Assembly: GCA_007376145.1 (NCBI GenBank)
Contig: VMFP01000001.1
Coordinates: 14,639-78,638 of the forward strand
DNA: 64,000 bases
Direction: 5' to 3'
Source of the DNA: Parcubacteria group bacterium Gr01-1014_38
GTDB taxonomy: Bacteria > Patescibacteriota > Andersenbacteria > UBA10190 > CAIZMI01
Position 1 is the stretch's first letter, and the number at the start of each line of letters is the position of its first letter. Positions 47,869 to 57,240 of this stretch are shown one piece after another. Under the pieces are notes generated by a model. That model saw only the letters and a program-made list of their open reading frames with translations, was not told the origin of the DNA and ran no database searches. The position numbers were made by a program, and so were the translations under genes.

Positions 47869-47946
47869 GTCTCCCGCGCATGAACCGACCGTTCCAGCGA
47901 AAGGGACGGGGGGATCCGGGGCCGTTCTCCGCTGCGCTGATCCGGT

Positions 47947-49332
47947 ATGAAGCGGTCCGAGCTTTTCTTTGACGCGGTCCGTCTCCCGGTCGATTTCCTC
48001 GCCTGCTTCACGGCGGGGTTTCTCGCATACTGGGTCCGGGTGAGCCCACTGGTTCGCCAGGTTCGGCCCGTGCTCTTCGAGGTTGACCTTCCGCTCCGAG
48101 AGTACTTGAGTCTCGTGGTCGCGGTCTCCCTGTTTACGTTGGTCGTGTTTGCCACATTAGGGCTCTACACGATGAAGGCGACGCTCCGCACGGTGGAAGA
48201 ACTCAGTAGGATCGTCGCGGGTATTTCGCTCGCACTCTTCGGGGTGATCTTCTGGATGTTCATCCGCGCCGAGCTCTTCAACTCACGGTTCATCCTTGTC
48301 GCGGCGTGGATCTTGGCGATTCTCCTCGTCACGGGCGGACGCATCGTCATCCGCCGTCTCCAGTTGCAGCTGCTCCGGCGCGGACGGGGCGTTCACCGGG
48401 TCATCCTCGTGGGTCAAGCGCCCGTCGCCGCAGGACTCCACTCGCTTTTTGGAAAGCGCCCCGATCTCGGGTACCGCGTGGTCGCGCAGTTGGACCACGT
48501 GCAGCGCGACGCACTCGAACGCCTGGAGAAGGAGTACGGACTCGACGGCGTCATCCGCTGCGTGTCTGACCTCACCCCGGAAGAAAACCGGGTGCTTCTG
48601 GATTTCTGCGAGGACCACAAGTTCGATTTTCTTTACATCCCCGACGTGTACGAGGCGCGAATCAGCAACGTCGTGATCCGGACGCTCGGTGGGTATCCCC
48701 TCGTCGAGCTCCGGCGGACGCCGCTGGAAGGATGGGGAAGAATCTGGAAGCGGCTGCTCGACATCGCCGGAGCTGTCGTCGGCCTGATCATTCTCTCGCC
48801 GCTGTTCCTTGTCGTGGCCATTGCGATCACGGCCGATTCCGCTGGCCCGCTGTTCTTTCGGCAAACGCGCATCGGGCGGAATCGAACATCATTCCAGATC
48901 GTCAAGTTCCGCACCATGGTGCGGAATGCCGAACAGCTCAAACCGCGACTCCTTCCTTTCAACGAGCGTTCAGGACCGCTGTTCAAGATGCGGAATGATC
49001 CGCGGATTACGCGGGTTGGTCGCGTGTTGCGCGTGATGCGCATTGACGAGCTGCCGCAGCTCTTCAACGTGCTCATGGGTCAGATGAGCCTCATCGGACC
49101 TCGTCCGCACTTGCCGGAGGAGATTGAGCGATACGACCGGCGTCAACAAAAACTCTTCGCGATTAAGCCGGGGATGAGCGGGCTTGCCCAAGTGTCTGGC
49201 AGTTCCTCTCTCCCGTTCGAGAAAGAAGCAGCGCTCGATGTTCACTACATCGAGAACTGGTCGCCGAAACTCGATTTCCTCATCCTCGTGAAAACCCTCC
49301 GCCGGCTGTTTGGGGATCGGAGTGCGGTATAG
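47947..49332 (+). CDS. Polyprenyl-phosphate sugar phosphotransferase (WcaJ/CpsE-like)
   Basis: KRLLDI, KFRTM, DPRITRVG, DELPQLFNV..G.MS..GPRP, KPG..GLAQV, YIENWS. Confidence 0.94.
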   Translation: MKRSELFFDAVRLPVDFLACFTAGFLAYWVRVSPLVRQVRPVLFEVDLPLREYLSLVVAVSLFTLVVFATLGLYTMKATLRTVEELSRIVAGISLALFGVIFWMFIRAELFNSRFILVAAWILAILLVTGGRIVIRRLQLQLLRRGRGVHRVILVGQAPVAAGLHSLFGKRPDLGYRVVAQLDHVQRDALERLEKEYGLDGVIRCVSDLTPEENRVLLDFCEDHKFDFLYIPDVYEARISNVVIRTLGGYPLVELRRTPLEGWGRIWKRLLDIAGAVVGLIILSPLFLVVAIAITADSAGPLFFRQTRIGRNRTSFQIVKFRTMVRNAEQLKPRLLPFNERSGPLFKMRNDPRITRVGRVLRVMRIDELPQLFNVLMGQMSLIGPRPHLPEEIERYDRRQQKLFAIKPGMSGLAQVSGSSSLPFEKEAALDVHYIENWSPKLDFLILVKTLRRLFGDRSAV

Positions 49333-49389
49333 GTCTGGAAGAGAGAACCTACGGTTCCCTCTTCCATGCATCTCCCTCCCTTCAGCGGT

Positions 49390-49429
49390 GTCGCTCGCTG
49401 AGGGAAGCCTATAACCCTCAGCGAGCGAC
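49390..49429. repeat. Intergenic perfect 15-bp inverted repeat
   Basis: GTCGCTCGCTGAGGG-10 nt-CCCTCAGCGAGCGAC. Confidence 0.75.
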
Positions 49430-49470
49430 CGAATGACCTCCACTTGCTGCTCGCTGCTACACTGGGATGT

Positions 49471-50781
49471 ATGCGGGTGGCGATTATCCACGACTACCTC
49501 ACGCAGTTCGGTGGCGCGGAGCGGGTTTTGAAAATTCTCATGGAGCTCTTTCCAAGCGCACCGGTCTATACGCTCGTCCACGATCCCAAGGTGACCGCCG
49601 GCCTTCTTGACGCCCGTCGGATTCGCACGTCCTTCTTGCAGAAGGTTCCTCTCGCGCGCTCCCGACACCGACTCTTCCCGCTGTTCATGCCTCTCGCGGT
49701 CGAGCAGTTTGATCTCTCGGCGTACGATCTCGTCATTTCCGCCTCGCACTCCTTCGGGAAAGGGGTGATCACGCGGCCGGACACCCTCCACGTGAGCTAC
49801 TGCTTCACGCCGCTCCGGTACGCGTGGGATGATTCGCACCGCTACGTCCGAGAGTTTGGCGTCCCGGCTCTCCTGCGGGCGCTCGTGCCCGTGGCACTCA
49901 CGTACGTGCGGGTCTGGGATACCCACGCCGCGGACCGCGTGGATCACTTCCTTGCAATTTCACGCTTTGTGGCCGAGCGCATTGCGAAGTACTACGGGCG
50001 GGCTAGCACCGTCATCCACCCGCCAGTAGACACCGAGCAGTTTCGTCCGGGGTCCGCACCGGGTGACCGTTTTCTCGTCGTGAGTCGGCTGCTTCCCTAC
50101 AAACGTATTGATCTTGCCATCGAGGCCTGTAATCACTTGCGGGTTTCACTCGATATCGTGGGGACTGGTCCGGAAGAGGAGCGGCTCCGGGAGCTTTCGG
50201 GGCCCACGGTCCGTTTCCACGGCTTTCTGCCGGATGCCGCGGTCGCCCGTCTGTATGCCGCGTGCCGTGCCTTTCTCTTCCCACAGGAGGAAGACTTTGG
50301 GATTACCGTGCTGGAGGCGGCCGCCGCGGGACGTCCGGTGGTCGCGTTCCGCGGCGGCGGAGCGTTGGAGACGGTCGTCGAAGGAGAAACGGGGACCTTT
50401 TTCGAGCACCAGACCGTGGACAGTTTGGCGTCTGGCATGGAGGCAGTCATGCGGCAGTCGTGGGATACGGCGCACATCCGCAGCCACGCACTCCGCTTTG
50501 AGGTGTCGGAATTCCGCCGTCAGTTCCTCGGGACGGTGCGCGCACTCTGGCGTGCATTTCCGAGGAAGCGTGCCGGTGTTGTGGATCACCTTCACTGGCT
50601 CGCCGAAACTCCGGAAGCGGCTGTTCACCGTCTCGCAGCGCAGGTGCCCCTTGCCGACGCTGGTTCATCGGGGCAGAGTAGCGTGATGCCTTCTCCCGGC
50701 TCCAGCACAAGCATGGTCTGGCGCCAGCCTGACGCCCAGCCGGCGCCGACGTCTCCGACGCGACGGCCCACCGTGTCATGA
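49471..50781 (+). CDS. GT4 glycosyltransferase
   Basis: HDYLTQFGGAERV, Y..TP.RYAWD, SRL.PYKR.DL, EEDFGI..LEA. Confidence 0.93.
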   Translation: MRVAIIHDYLTQFGGAERVLKILMELFPSAPVYTLVHDPKVTAGLLDARRIRTSFLQKVPLARSRHRLFPLFMPLAVEQFDLSAYDLVISASHSFGKGVITRPDTLHVSYCFTPLRYAWDDSHRYVREFGVPALLRALVPVALTYVRVWDTHAADRVDHFLAISRFVAERIAKYYGRASTVIHPPVDTEQFRPGSAPGDRFLVVSRLLPYKRIDLAIEACNHLRVSLDIVGTGPEEERLRELSGPTVRFHGFLPDAAVARLYAACRAFLFPQEEDFGITVLEAAAAGRPVVAFRGGGALETVVEGETGTFFEHQTVDSLASGMEAVMRQSWDTAHIRSHALRFEVSEFRRQFLGTVRALWRAFPRKRAGVVDHLHWLAETPEAAVHRLAAQVPLADAGSSGQSSVMPSPGSSTSMVWRQPDAQPAPTSPTRRPTVS

Positions 50782-51431
50782 CCCCTGCGGTTCTCCTCCT
50801 GCGACGCACCTTCGGAACGCTCGTTCTCCTCTCGGTCGCTGCGGGCGTGACGACGGGATTTGTCTCGGCGCGGAAGAATCCGGGCGTGGATGTCGCACTC
50901 ACGCTCACCGTTCCGTTGCCGACGCGGCAGGCTCCCCAGAGAGATCGCTCTGGCGGGAACGTCGGGGAGACGACGTTTGAGGCGCTTCAGTCTGCCGAAC
51001 TCTTCGCGGAAACACTGTCCGGGTGGCTGTCGAGTCCGGATTTCGTCGCGGCGGTGTACCAGCGGGCCGGCCTTAAGTTCCCTCGCGCCACGGTGCGTCG
51101 CTTGAGTCGTGCGTTTACGGCCGTCAAGCGCGGCGGCCCCGTGGCCGACGTTCACTTTCATGCACCATCGGCTGCGGACGGTCAGGCGCTGGCCCGCGCC
51201 GTCATCACGGAAATTCAGGAGCGCACGACCGCATTCAATGCCGCCGCAGAAGACCTGACGTTTCGCGTGACGGCGAGTGACCCGCTGGTCGCTCCCGTCC
51301 TCGTATCGCCACTCCTCCGCGGGGTCGTCGCGGGGATCGTTGCCTTGGTCATCGGAATCAATCTCGTTCTCCTGAACGATTTTCTCCGCTCACCCCCGGA
51401 CGCTTCTGCGGGAGGAACCACCGCGTCCTAA
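50778..51431 (+). CDS. Wzz/YveK-like polysaccharide co-polymerase
   Basis: N- and C-terminal TMs, P..SP before the second TM; located in the polysaccharide locus. Confidence 0.55.
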   Translation: MTPAVLLLRRTFGTLVLLSVAAGVTTGFVSARKNPGVDVALTLTVPLPTRQAPQRDRSGGNVGETTFEALQSAELFAETLSGWLSSPDFVAAVYQRAGLKFPRATVRRLSRAFTAVKRGGPVADVHFHAPSAADGQALARAVITEIQERTTAFNAAAEDLTFRVTASDPLVAPVLVSPLLRGVVAGIVALVIGINLVLLNDFLRSPPDASAGGTTAS

Positions 51432-51495
51432 AAGAACCGTGGTCATTCTCGAGTCTTGTCAAAATCCTGACGCTGTGGCAGGGTAGGAGTGCCTT

Positions 51496-52359
51496 ATGGG
51501 CTTGGATCGTGAACTCACCGATCTAGGTTTGTCCTCAAAAGAGGCCAAGGTCTACGTTGCCTTGCTCGAGTTGGGGACAGCCTCGGCACAAGCCATTGCC
51601 CGCCGGGCTGGCATTGTGCGTCCGACGACCTACGTGATTCTCGAGACCCTTGCCCGGAAAGGGTTAGCCTCGAAGGCGACTGGGCCAGACGCGAAGAAGA
51701 CGCTCTTCGTGGCCGAGGCGCCGGAGCGCCTGGAAATCTACATTCAGCAGCAGCAACAGCAGCTTGAACTTCGTCGGCAGGAATTTTCGCGGCTTCTCCC
51801 CAACCTTCGTTCCCTCCACTTGCGCGGTGAGGAGCGGCCGCGTGTGCGGCTCTTCGAGGGGAAAGAAGGGCTCCAAACTCTCCAGCGCGAGTTTATCGGG
51901 ACGAATGCTGAGGAGGTTGTGGGGATGAGTTCCGATGATGTCATGGAAGAGCTCTTCCCGTTTCGGTCCGAGGAGTTTGACCGAGAAATTCGGAGCGTCC
52001 GCGTCCAGGCCGAAGTGCGCTCGCGTCATATCTACACGTCGTCTCGGGGTCCTGTCCATACGAGGGAGGATGATGCGCGGGCGCTCCGGGAGAGTCGGTA
52101 CCTCCCGCCCGAGAAATTCCCCATCAAGTCCTCGTTTGCTGTGCACGGCTCGTTCCTCTCCGTCGTCTCATTTCGTCTAAAAATCATCGGGGTCCTTATC
52201 GAACACCCGGACATCGCCGACTCCTTCCGAGCGATCTTCGAATCGCTCTGGGAACTCGCAGGGCAGTATCAGCACACGGCCATTCCGCAGTCCCAACATG
52301 GGGTGACCCCAGTTCCCCCCCCCTTGACAAGGCGTGAAGGCGGGGTATGCTCAGAGTAG
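51496..52359 (+). CDS. TrmB-family transcriptional regulator
   Basis: LGLS.KEA.VY.ALLELG, R.T.Y..L..L..KGL, P.V..FEG.EG, F...FE.LW. Confidence 0.88.
   Translation: MGLDRELTDLGLSSKEAKVYVALLELGTASAQAIARRAGIVRPTTYVILETLARKGLASKATGPDAKKTLFVAEAPERLEIYIQQQQQQLELRRQEFSRLLPNLRSLHLRGEERPRVRLFEGKEGLQTLQREFIGTNAEEVVGMSSDDVMEELFPFRSEEFDREIRSVRVQAEVRSRHIYTSSRGPVHTREDDARALRESRYLPPEKFPIKSSFAVHGSFLSVVSFRLKIIGVLIEHPDIADSFRAIFESLWELAGQYQHTAIPQSQHGVTPVPPPLTRREGGVCSE
52324..52351 (+). promoter_or_regulatory. Sigma70-type promoter of the structured intergenic unit
   Basis: TTGACA-16-TATGCT. Confidence 0.65.
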
Positions 52360-52764
52360 GATCGTTCTTTGAATCTCTTCGAGACAGGCTTGCAGGACCA
52401 GCGGTTGGTCTAGCCTCGTTTTCTCCTCTTCACCGCTGAAAGGAGCGACTCGCATGGATGGCGAAGTAGTCCACGATGCGGCTTCGCTCGAGAGAAGTTG
52501 TGGCCAGCGACTGCACTGTTGTTTCCTTCCTCCTCTCGTCACGTCTTGTAGAAAGGAGAGTGCACAATGGCAGGTGACCCACTCGCCTCGTCGTAATCTT
52601 GCCATCAGCAATGGAGCAGAGATGGCGCGGTCTTCGGTGGAGACCGCACGAGGATTGACGAGGCAAGGAGCAGAAGAGAGGCCAGGCCACCTGAGTACGG
52701 ATGTGGTTGTTCCCACCTTCGGGTGAGAACAAATCTACCGCCAACTCAGGTGGCTCTTTTCTTT
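52358..52764 (+). ncRNA. Candidate structured ncRNA or small-peptide mRNA of unknown family
   Basis: Own promoter, many complementary stems, 11-bp terminal stem followed by TCTTTTCTTT. Confidence 0.5.
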
Positions 52765-52811
52765 ACGCTCGGCTTTTCGCGGCGGTGTGGTAGGGTAGAG
52801 CCGACGCTGCA

Positions 52812-54071
52812 ATGCTGAAGCCGGCTCCGCTCTCTGTCTCCGCGTTCCTCGCGCGGGTCAACGAACTCTTGGAGACGCAGGTGGCGTGGGTGGAGGGCGA
52901 GGTGGCAAACCTTCGGATCTCGAGCGACCGGTGGCTCCACTTCGATCTCAAAGACGCCACCGCGCTCGTCCACTGCTTCGGGCTCGCCTTCCGCCTCCGC
53001 ACGCCGCTGGAAGACGGGATGAAGGTGCGCATCTGGGGGGTGCCTCGGATCTATCCCCGGTACGGAAAATTCAGTCTCGTCGTCGAGCGGCTGGAACCCG
53101 CGGGGGAAGGTGCGCTCCGGCGCGCGTTCGAGCTCTTGCGACAGAAACTGGAGCGGGAAGGTCTCTTTGATGCCGCACGCAGGCGGCCGCTCCCCAAGGT
53201 TCCGGAGCGTCTCGTGCTCCTGACCTCTCCAGACGCGGCAGCGTATGCCGACTTCCTGAAAGTGCTCGCGGCCCGTCGCGGTGGCTTAAATATTCTGTTC
53301 GTTCCGGTTCCGGTGCAGGGTGCCGGTGCCGCCGACATCATCGCCGCAGCACTGGACTGGGTGAATGAGGGTGAGCCTGACCGCGACGCCTTGGTCCTCA
53401 TTCGCGGTGGAGGGAGCCTGGAGGAACTCCACGCGTTCAACGACGAACGGGTAGTGCGCGCGCTCGCGCGGTCACGAATTCCCACGGTGGTCGGGGTGGG
53501 TCATGAACGGGACGTCACGCTGGCCGATCTCGTTGCCGATGTCCGCGCGAGCACGCCGTCGAACGCGGCGGAGCTCGTGACCCCGACGCGAGCGGAACTT
53601 GACGACGCGTGTCGGGAACTCGCGGCCCGCCTCGTCCGTGCGGTGCACGCGCAGCTCGCTGTACGGGAACGGTTCGTGTTCCGGTGCGTCGCGGATCTCC
53701 GCGATACCGTTCAGAAGGGTATGGAAGGGATCGATTTCCTCGTGCGCCGGGTAGAGGGAATTGGTTCCCTCTTGCACGCACGCGTGCGCACTGCCTCTGC
53801 GGATCTCCAGCACGTGATCCATCTGCTTCCGCTCCGCCTGCGGGAGCGCGTCCAAGGCCACGGGGAACGTCTCGCGGCCCTCGAGCGGCTGCTCGCCGGA
53901 CTCGACCCACGGAAGATTCTGGCGCGCGGATACTCGATGACGTACGGGCCGACCGGTTCGGTGGTACGTGACGCCCGCGTCCTCCGGACGGGTGATGCGC
54001 TGAAGACGCGGCTCCAGCGTGGTACACTCACGTCCGTCACGACGTCCATCCATGGCGAAGGAGACGAGTAA
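52812..54071 (+). CDS. xseA: Exodeoxyribonuclease VII large subunit
   Basis: WVEGEV.N, F.LKD, G.G.L, RGGGSLEEL..FN, GVGHE.D, TPS.AAE, L.RGYS. Confidence 0.95.
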   Translation: MLKPAPLSVSAFLARVNELLETQVAWVEGEVANLRISSDRWLHFDLKDATALVHCFGLAFRLRTPLEDGMKVRIWGVPRIYPRYGKFSLVVERLEPAGEGALRRAFELLRQKLEREGLFDAARRRPLPKVPERLVLLTSPDAAAYADFLKVLAARRGGLNILFVPVPVQGAGAADIIAAALDWVNEGEPDRDALVLIRGGGSLEELHAFNDERVVRALARSRIPTVVGVGHERDVTLADLVADVRASTPSNAAELVTPTRAELDDACRELAARLVRAVHAQLAVRERFVFRCVADLRDTVQKGMEGIDFLVRRVEGIGSLLHARVRTASADLQHVIHLLPLRLRERVQGHGERLAALERLLAGLDPRKILARGYSMTYGPTGSVVRDARVLRTGDALKTRLQRGTLTSVTTSIHGEGDE

Positions 54072-54309
54072 TTTCACCCGCGCGTACGAGGAGCTCGAGA
54101 AGATTGTCGCCTCGTTTGAGGCGGGAGACATTGATCTGGAGCGTGATCTCCCGAAGTTCGAGCGCGGGATGAAGCTGGCGAGCCAGTGCCGCGAACGCCT
54201 GAAAGCGATTGAGAACCACATCCAGAGAATTGAGAAAACCTTCCACGTCGAGAGCGCCAGCGAACGCAGTCATTCTCGGACGTCTCTCGAAGAACCTCCC
54301 GCAGCATGA
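54052..54309 (+). CDS. xseB: Exodeoxyribonuclease VII small subunit
   Basis: F..AYEELE.IV..FE.G...LE....FERG..L...C...L...E; follows xseA. Confidence 0.9.
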   Translation: MAKETSNFTRAYEELEKIVASFEAGDIDLERDLPKFERGMKLASQCRERLKAIENHIQRIEKTFHVESASERSHSRTSLEEPPAA

Positions 54310-54998
54310 GGAAGCGCGTTGCCCAGAATCTTCTTGCGACGCTTCTCGGAGCGCTCGTGGGGGGTGTCGTGGTCTTCTGGGCGCTCGCGCGGATCGGCGG
54401 CGGCCCTCCTGCGTCGCCCACGCCGACGCGCAGCGTGCTCCTTGAAGAACGTCCTACTGCGTCGCCAGCGGCTCCGGTAACCGCGTCCTCTCCGTCTCCC
54501 GCGGCGACCTCCGGCCGCGTGACCGTAGACGCGATCGGAGTTGCCTTCACCCTGCCGGAAGGGTACCGGATCGCCGTCATCCTGAATGCGTACGACGCCG
54601 CGCGGTCGTCCGGATCTCCGCGGTTCACGATGACGAAAGCTACCCCCGCGCAAGAAGAGGAGTACGTGACCCTCATTCGCAACCTTCAGCAGCAGCAAGT
54701 GGCGACCGAGGCTCCCGAGTTTTCTCCGGGCAAAACGATCACGCTCGCCCGTTCCACTCCCTCAGAGCAGACGTTTTCCCAAAAGCTGGCAAAGCAGAAG
54801 ACGACGCTTACCACAGAGAGAGGGCTTTCGGTGACGCGGTACCAGCGAGTGGAGGGTTTATTTTCCTACGACGTCGCGTTCCTCACCCTCCGCGGCGGCG
54901 CGCTCGCGGCTGTCTCGATGTCATACGCGTCCGGTGGCGAGAAGCCATTTGACGAAGAGGCCTACCAGTCGGTCCTCCGCACGCTCGAGGAACTCTAA
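54306..54998 (+). CDS. Hypothetical membrane-anchored protein
   Basis: N-terminal TM, Pro/Ser/Thr linker, globular domain; ATGA overlap. Confidence 0.7.
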   Translation: MRKRVAQNLLATLLGALVGGVVVFWALARIGGGPPASPTPTRSVLLEERPTASPAAPVTASSPSPAATSGRVTVDAIGVAFTLPEGYRIAVILNAYDAARSSGSPRFTMTKATPAQEEEYVTLIRNLQQQQVATEAPEFSPGKTITLARSTPSEQTFSQKLAKQKTTLTTERGLSVTRYQRVEGLFSYDVAFLTLRGGALAAVSMSYASGGEKPFDEEAYQSVLRTLEEL

Positions 54999-55010
54999 GG
55001 ACGGCTCTCC

Positions 55011-55355
55011 GTGCCTGGCGTCAGTACCACCGCGCTTCTCCAGAAGCGCTGCGTTCCGTGTGAAGGCGGCGTCCCTCCTCTCACCGCAGAGCAGGCGAGC
55101 CAGTATCTCCGCGACGTCCCAGGGTGGGCACTCTCCGCCGATCACCGGACGATTGATCGAGCATGGACCTTCCGGGATTTTCGCGAGGCACTACGGTTTG
55201 TGAATGCGGTGGCGGAGCTTGCGGAAGCGGAGAATCACCATCCCGACATCCGTCTCTTCTCCTACCGACGGGTGCACGTGGAGCTCACGACACACGCCAT
55301 CAGGGGGCTGTCGGACAATGACTTCATTCTCGCCGCGAAGATCAATGTCCTTTAA
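55011..55355 (+). CDS. phhB: Pterin-4-alpha-carbinolamine dehydratase
   Basis: C.PC.G, AE.ENHHPDI, TH...GLS.NDF..AAKI. Confidence 0.93.
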   Translation: MPGVSTTALLQKRCVPCEGGVPPLTAEQASQYLRDVPGWALSADHRTIDRAWTFRDFREALRFVNAVAELAEAENHHPDIRLFSYRRVHVELTTHAIRGLSDNDFILAAKINVL

Positions 55356-55416
55356 AAGCGCAACGACGACCTGATCCTCTCATCTGGTGTATGCTTGCTG
55401 GTAATCCCATTGCGCC

Positions 55417-55755
55417 ATGAAGCGGAGAAGCGGCATGTGGATACTTGCCCTCATCGTGCTGCTCCTTCTCGTGGGGTTCGTTCTCGTGCGGCGAAGGTCG
55501 GTTCCGAGCGAGACCCGCTTTGACCCGAAGGCTGCGGCGCTGGCGCGCTTCGAGGAGGTGCAGGGTGAAGGGAGGAATCTCTCCTTGGGCCCGTGTCTCG
55601 GCATCATTGGTCCGGATTGGGTGGCCGATGTCGCGCATGATCCTCGGCAGTCCGTGGACGACGACCCGGCGAATCAGTATGCGGAATACCGCAAGGGGAA
55701 AGCAACGCATTTCGTGGAGGTGACACCAGACGGACGCGTCATCCGCGTGCAGTGA
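55417..55755 (+). CDS. Small hypothetical membrane-anchored protein
   Basis: N-terminal TM; GPCL, DWVADVAHDPR, HFVE. Confidence 0.7.
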   Translation: MKRRSGMWILALIVLLLLVGFVLVRRRSVPSETRFDPKAAALARFEEVQGEGRNLSLGPCLGIIGPDWVADVAHDPRQSVDDDPANQYAEYRKGKATHFVEVTPDGRVIRVQ

Positions 55756-56321
55756 TGCAAGACGGTATCCCGTCGGTCCCGGAGGCCCGCGCGATCCTCG
55801 AGGAGTTCACGGCGTCCCCGAACCTTCGGAAGCACGCGCAGGCCGTGGCCGCGGCCATGCGGGCGTATGCGGACAGCTTCGGAGAGCCTCCAGCGCGGTG
55901 GGAGGTCGTTGGACTCCTCCACGATTTCGATTACGAGAAGTTCCCGACACTGTCCGAGCACCCCTTTCGCGGAGCCGAGATCCTTCGCTCTTGCGGGGCG
56001 AGTGATGAACTGATCAAGGACATTTTCGCGCACGCACCGCACACCAAGCAACCGCGGGATACGCTCCTTCGGAAGGCGATTTTCGCCTGTGACGAACTCG
56101 CCGGATTCATCGTCGCGGTTGCTCTCGTGCAGCCGCACAAGAAGCTGTCAGAGGTGACGGTGGGGCGCGTCTTGAAGAAGCTCCGCCAGACGAGATTCGC
56201 AGCCGGGGTATCACGGGAAGATATCGAGCGCGGAGCCATCGAGCTCGGCGCCAGTCTGCCGGAGCATGTTGGCACGGTACTCGCTGCCCTTCAAGGGACG
56301 GCAGCGGAACTCGGGCTGTGA
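55752..56321 (+). CDS. HD/HDIG-domain hydrolase
   Basis: L.KH, GLLHDFDYE, DEL.GF, FAAGV.R. Confidence 0.88.
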   Translation: MMQDGIPSVPEARAILEEFTASPNLRKHAQAVAAAMRAYADSFGEPPARWEVVGLLHDFDYEKFPTLSEHPFRGAEILRSCGASDELIKDIFAHAPHTKQPRDTLLRKAIFACDELAGFIVAVALVQPHKKLSEVTVGRVLKKLRQTRFAAGVSREDIERGAIELGASLPEHVGTVLAALQGTAAELGL

Positions 56322-56923
56322 GCAGAGGTTCGCGCATCCTCGAGCTCTTGCGTGGTCACGTCTCCGTTGCGAACGATCCGCCAGCGGCCGTTCTCGAGCG
56401 CCGCGACCGTCGAAGGCAAGCAGCGAACAAGTGAACCGCCATCCACCGCGTAGATCCGGATCTCTTTTGCCAGCGCCTCAACTTCCGCGAGCGTACAGGC
56501 TGAGGTCTCTCCCGAGGTGTTGGCGGAGGTAGCCGTGACGGGAAACGTGGTGAGCGTGACCAGTTCGCGGGTGAACGGGTGGTCTGGTGTGCGCACGCCC
56601 ACGCGGCCTTCTTTGGCAAGGTGCTGCAGGGCATCAGTCGTGTTCACGAGGAGGGTGAGCGGACGGTCCCGCAGCGCAGCAAAGACCTGCCGTTCCTCGT
56701 CCGTCCACGCCACAAACCGTTCCGGATGCTGTTCCGGAAGCAGGACTGTGTAGGTCTTGTCCTCCGGTCGCTGCTTGAGCGCGCTCAACTGTTCCAGCGC
56801 GCGTTGGTCGAGCGCGTTCACGCCAAGACCGTACGACGTTCCCGTGGGATAGGCGACGACCTGTCCCCGACTCAAGAGGGAAACGACCCGAGCGATATGG
56901 TGAAGTGGGAGCGTTTCCAGCAT
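56291..56923 (-). CDS. tsaC: L-threonylcarbamoyladenylate synthase (Sua5/YrdC)
   Basis: VAYPT.T.YGL, K.RP..K, VGVR.P.H, ATSAN.SG, PST. Confidence 0.88.
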   Translation of the reverse strand: MLETLPLHHIARVVSLLSRGQVVAYPTGTSYGLGVNALDQRALEQLSALKQRPEDKTYTVLLPEQHPERFVAWTDEERQVFAALRDRPLTLLVNTTDALQHLAKEGRVGVRTPDHPFTRELVTLTTFPVTATSANTSGETSACTLAEVEALAKEIRIYAVDGGSLVRCLPSTVAALENGRWRIVRNGDVTTQELEDARTSAHSPSSAAVP

Positions 56924-56951
56924 CGTTCCCATGGTATCGCATTTTTCTTAG

Positions 56952-57155
56952 GGGGTAATGTCACTTTCCTTCCACCAATTTCTGATAGAGGAGGAGCATC
57001 TGCGTCTCGGTTGAGAGACGCCGGTGGTTGAAGCGCCACACCTCCTCGGCCACAGAGAGGACAAGACGCTCCCGCCGGATGCCCCCGGTGGTTTTCAGTC
57101 GGGCGCTTCAAGTATCCCCAGAAGCTCTCGATGCTGTTCGTGTGTACCCGGCCTC
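56952..57155 (-). mobile_element. IS1595-family transposase 3' remnant (frameshifted) with a probable right end
   Basis: Minus strand reads VHTNSIESFWGYLKR, then after a 1-nt shift RLKTTGGIRRERLVLSVAEEVWRFNHR...*; end GGGGTAATGTCACT at 56952-56965. Confidence 0.8.
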
Positions 57156-57240
57156 GGCGATCTCCCGCTCCGTGTCCCGCCCCCCGAATACTGCACCGAC
57201 AATGCGGCGATGATGGGCGCAGCGGCCGCTCTGCAATTCA
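57150..57240 (+). pseudogene. tsaD: C-terminal fragment of a TsaD/Kae1 gene
   Basis: LRVPPPEYCTDNAAMMGAAA matches the TsaD P...CTDNAAMI motif; no upstream HxExH region. Confidence 0.7.

Noticed and set aside
47880-47972. 30-aa uORF overlapping the sugar transferase start
   Set aside because: No SD, not at leaderless spacing, and likely to occur by chance.
51745-51762. CAG/CAA run in trmB and CTC/TTC run at the rseP start (about 17211-17240)
   Set aside because: Ordinary coding of a poly-Gln helix and a Leu/Phe TM segment.
52358-52764. tmRNA identity for the structured RNA
   Set aside because: No GGGG 5' end, T-arm or CCA 3' end, and no Ala-Ala-ending tag ORF.
56990-57135. TTGAAGCGCC/GGCGCTTCAA pairing suggesting a 6S RNA
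   Set aside because: The minus strand translates to an IS1595 transposase tail, which explains the region better.
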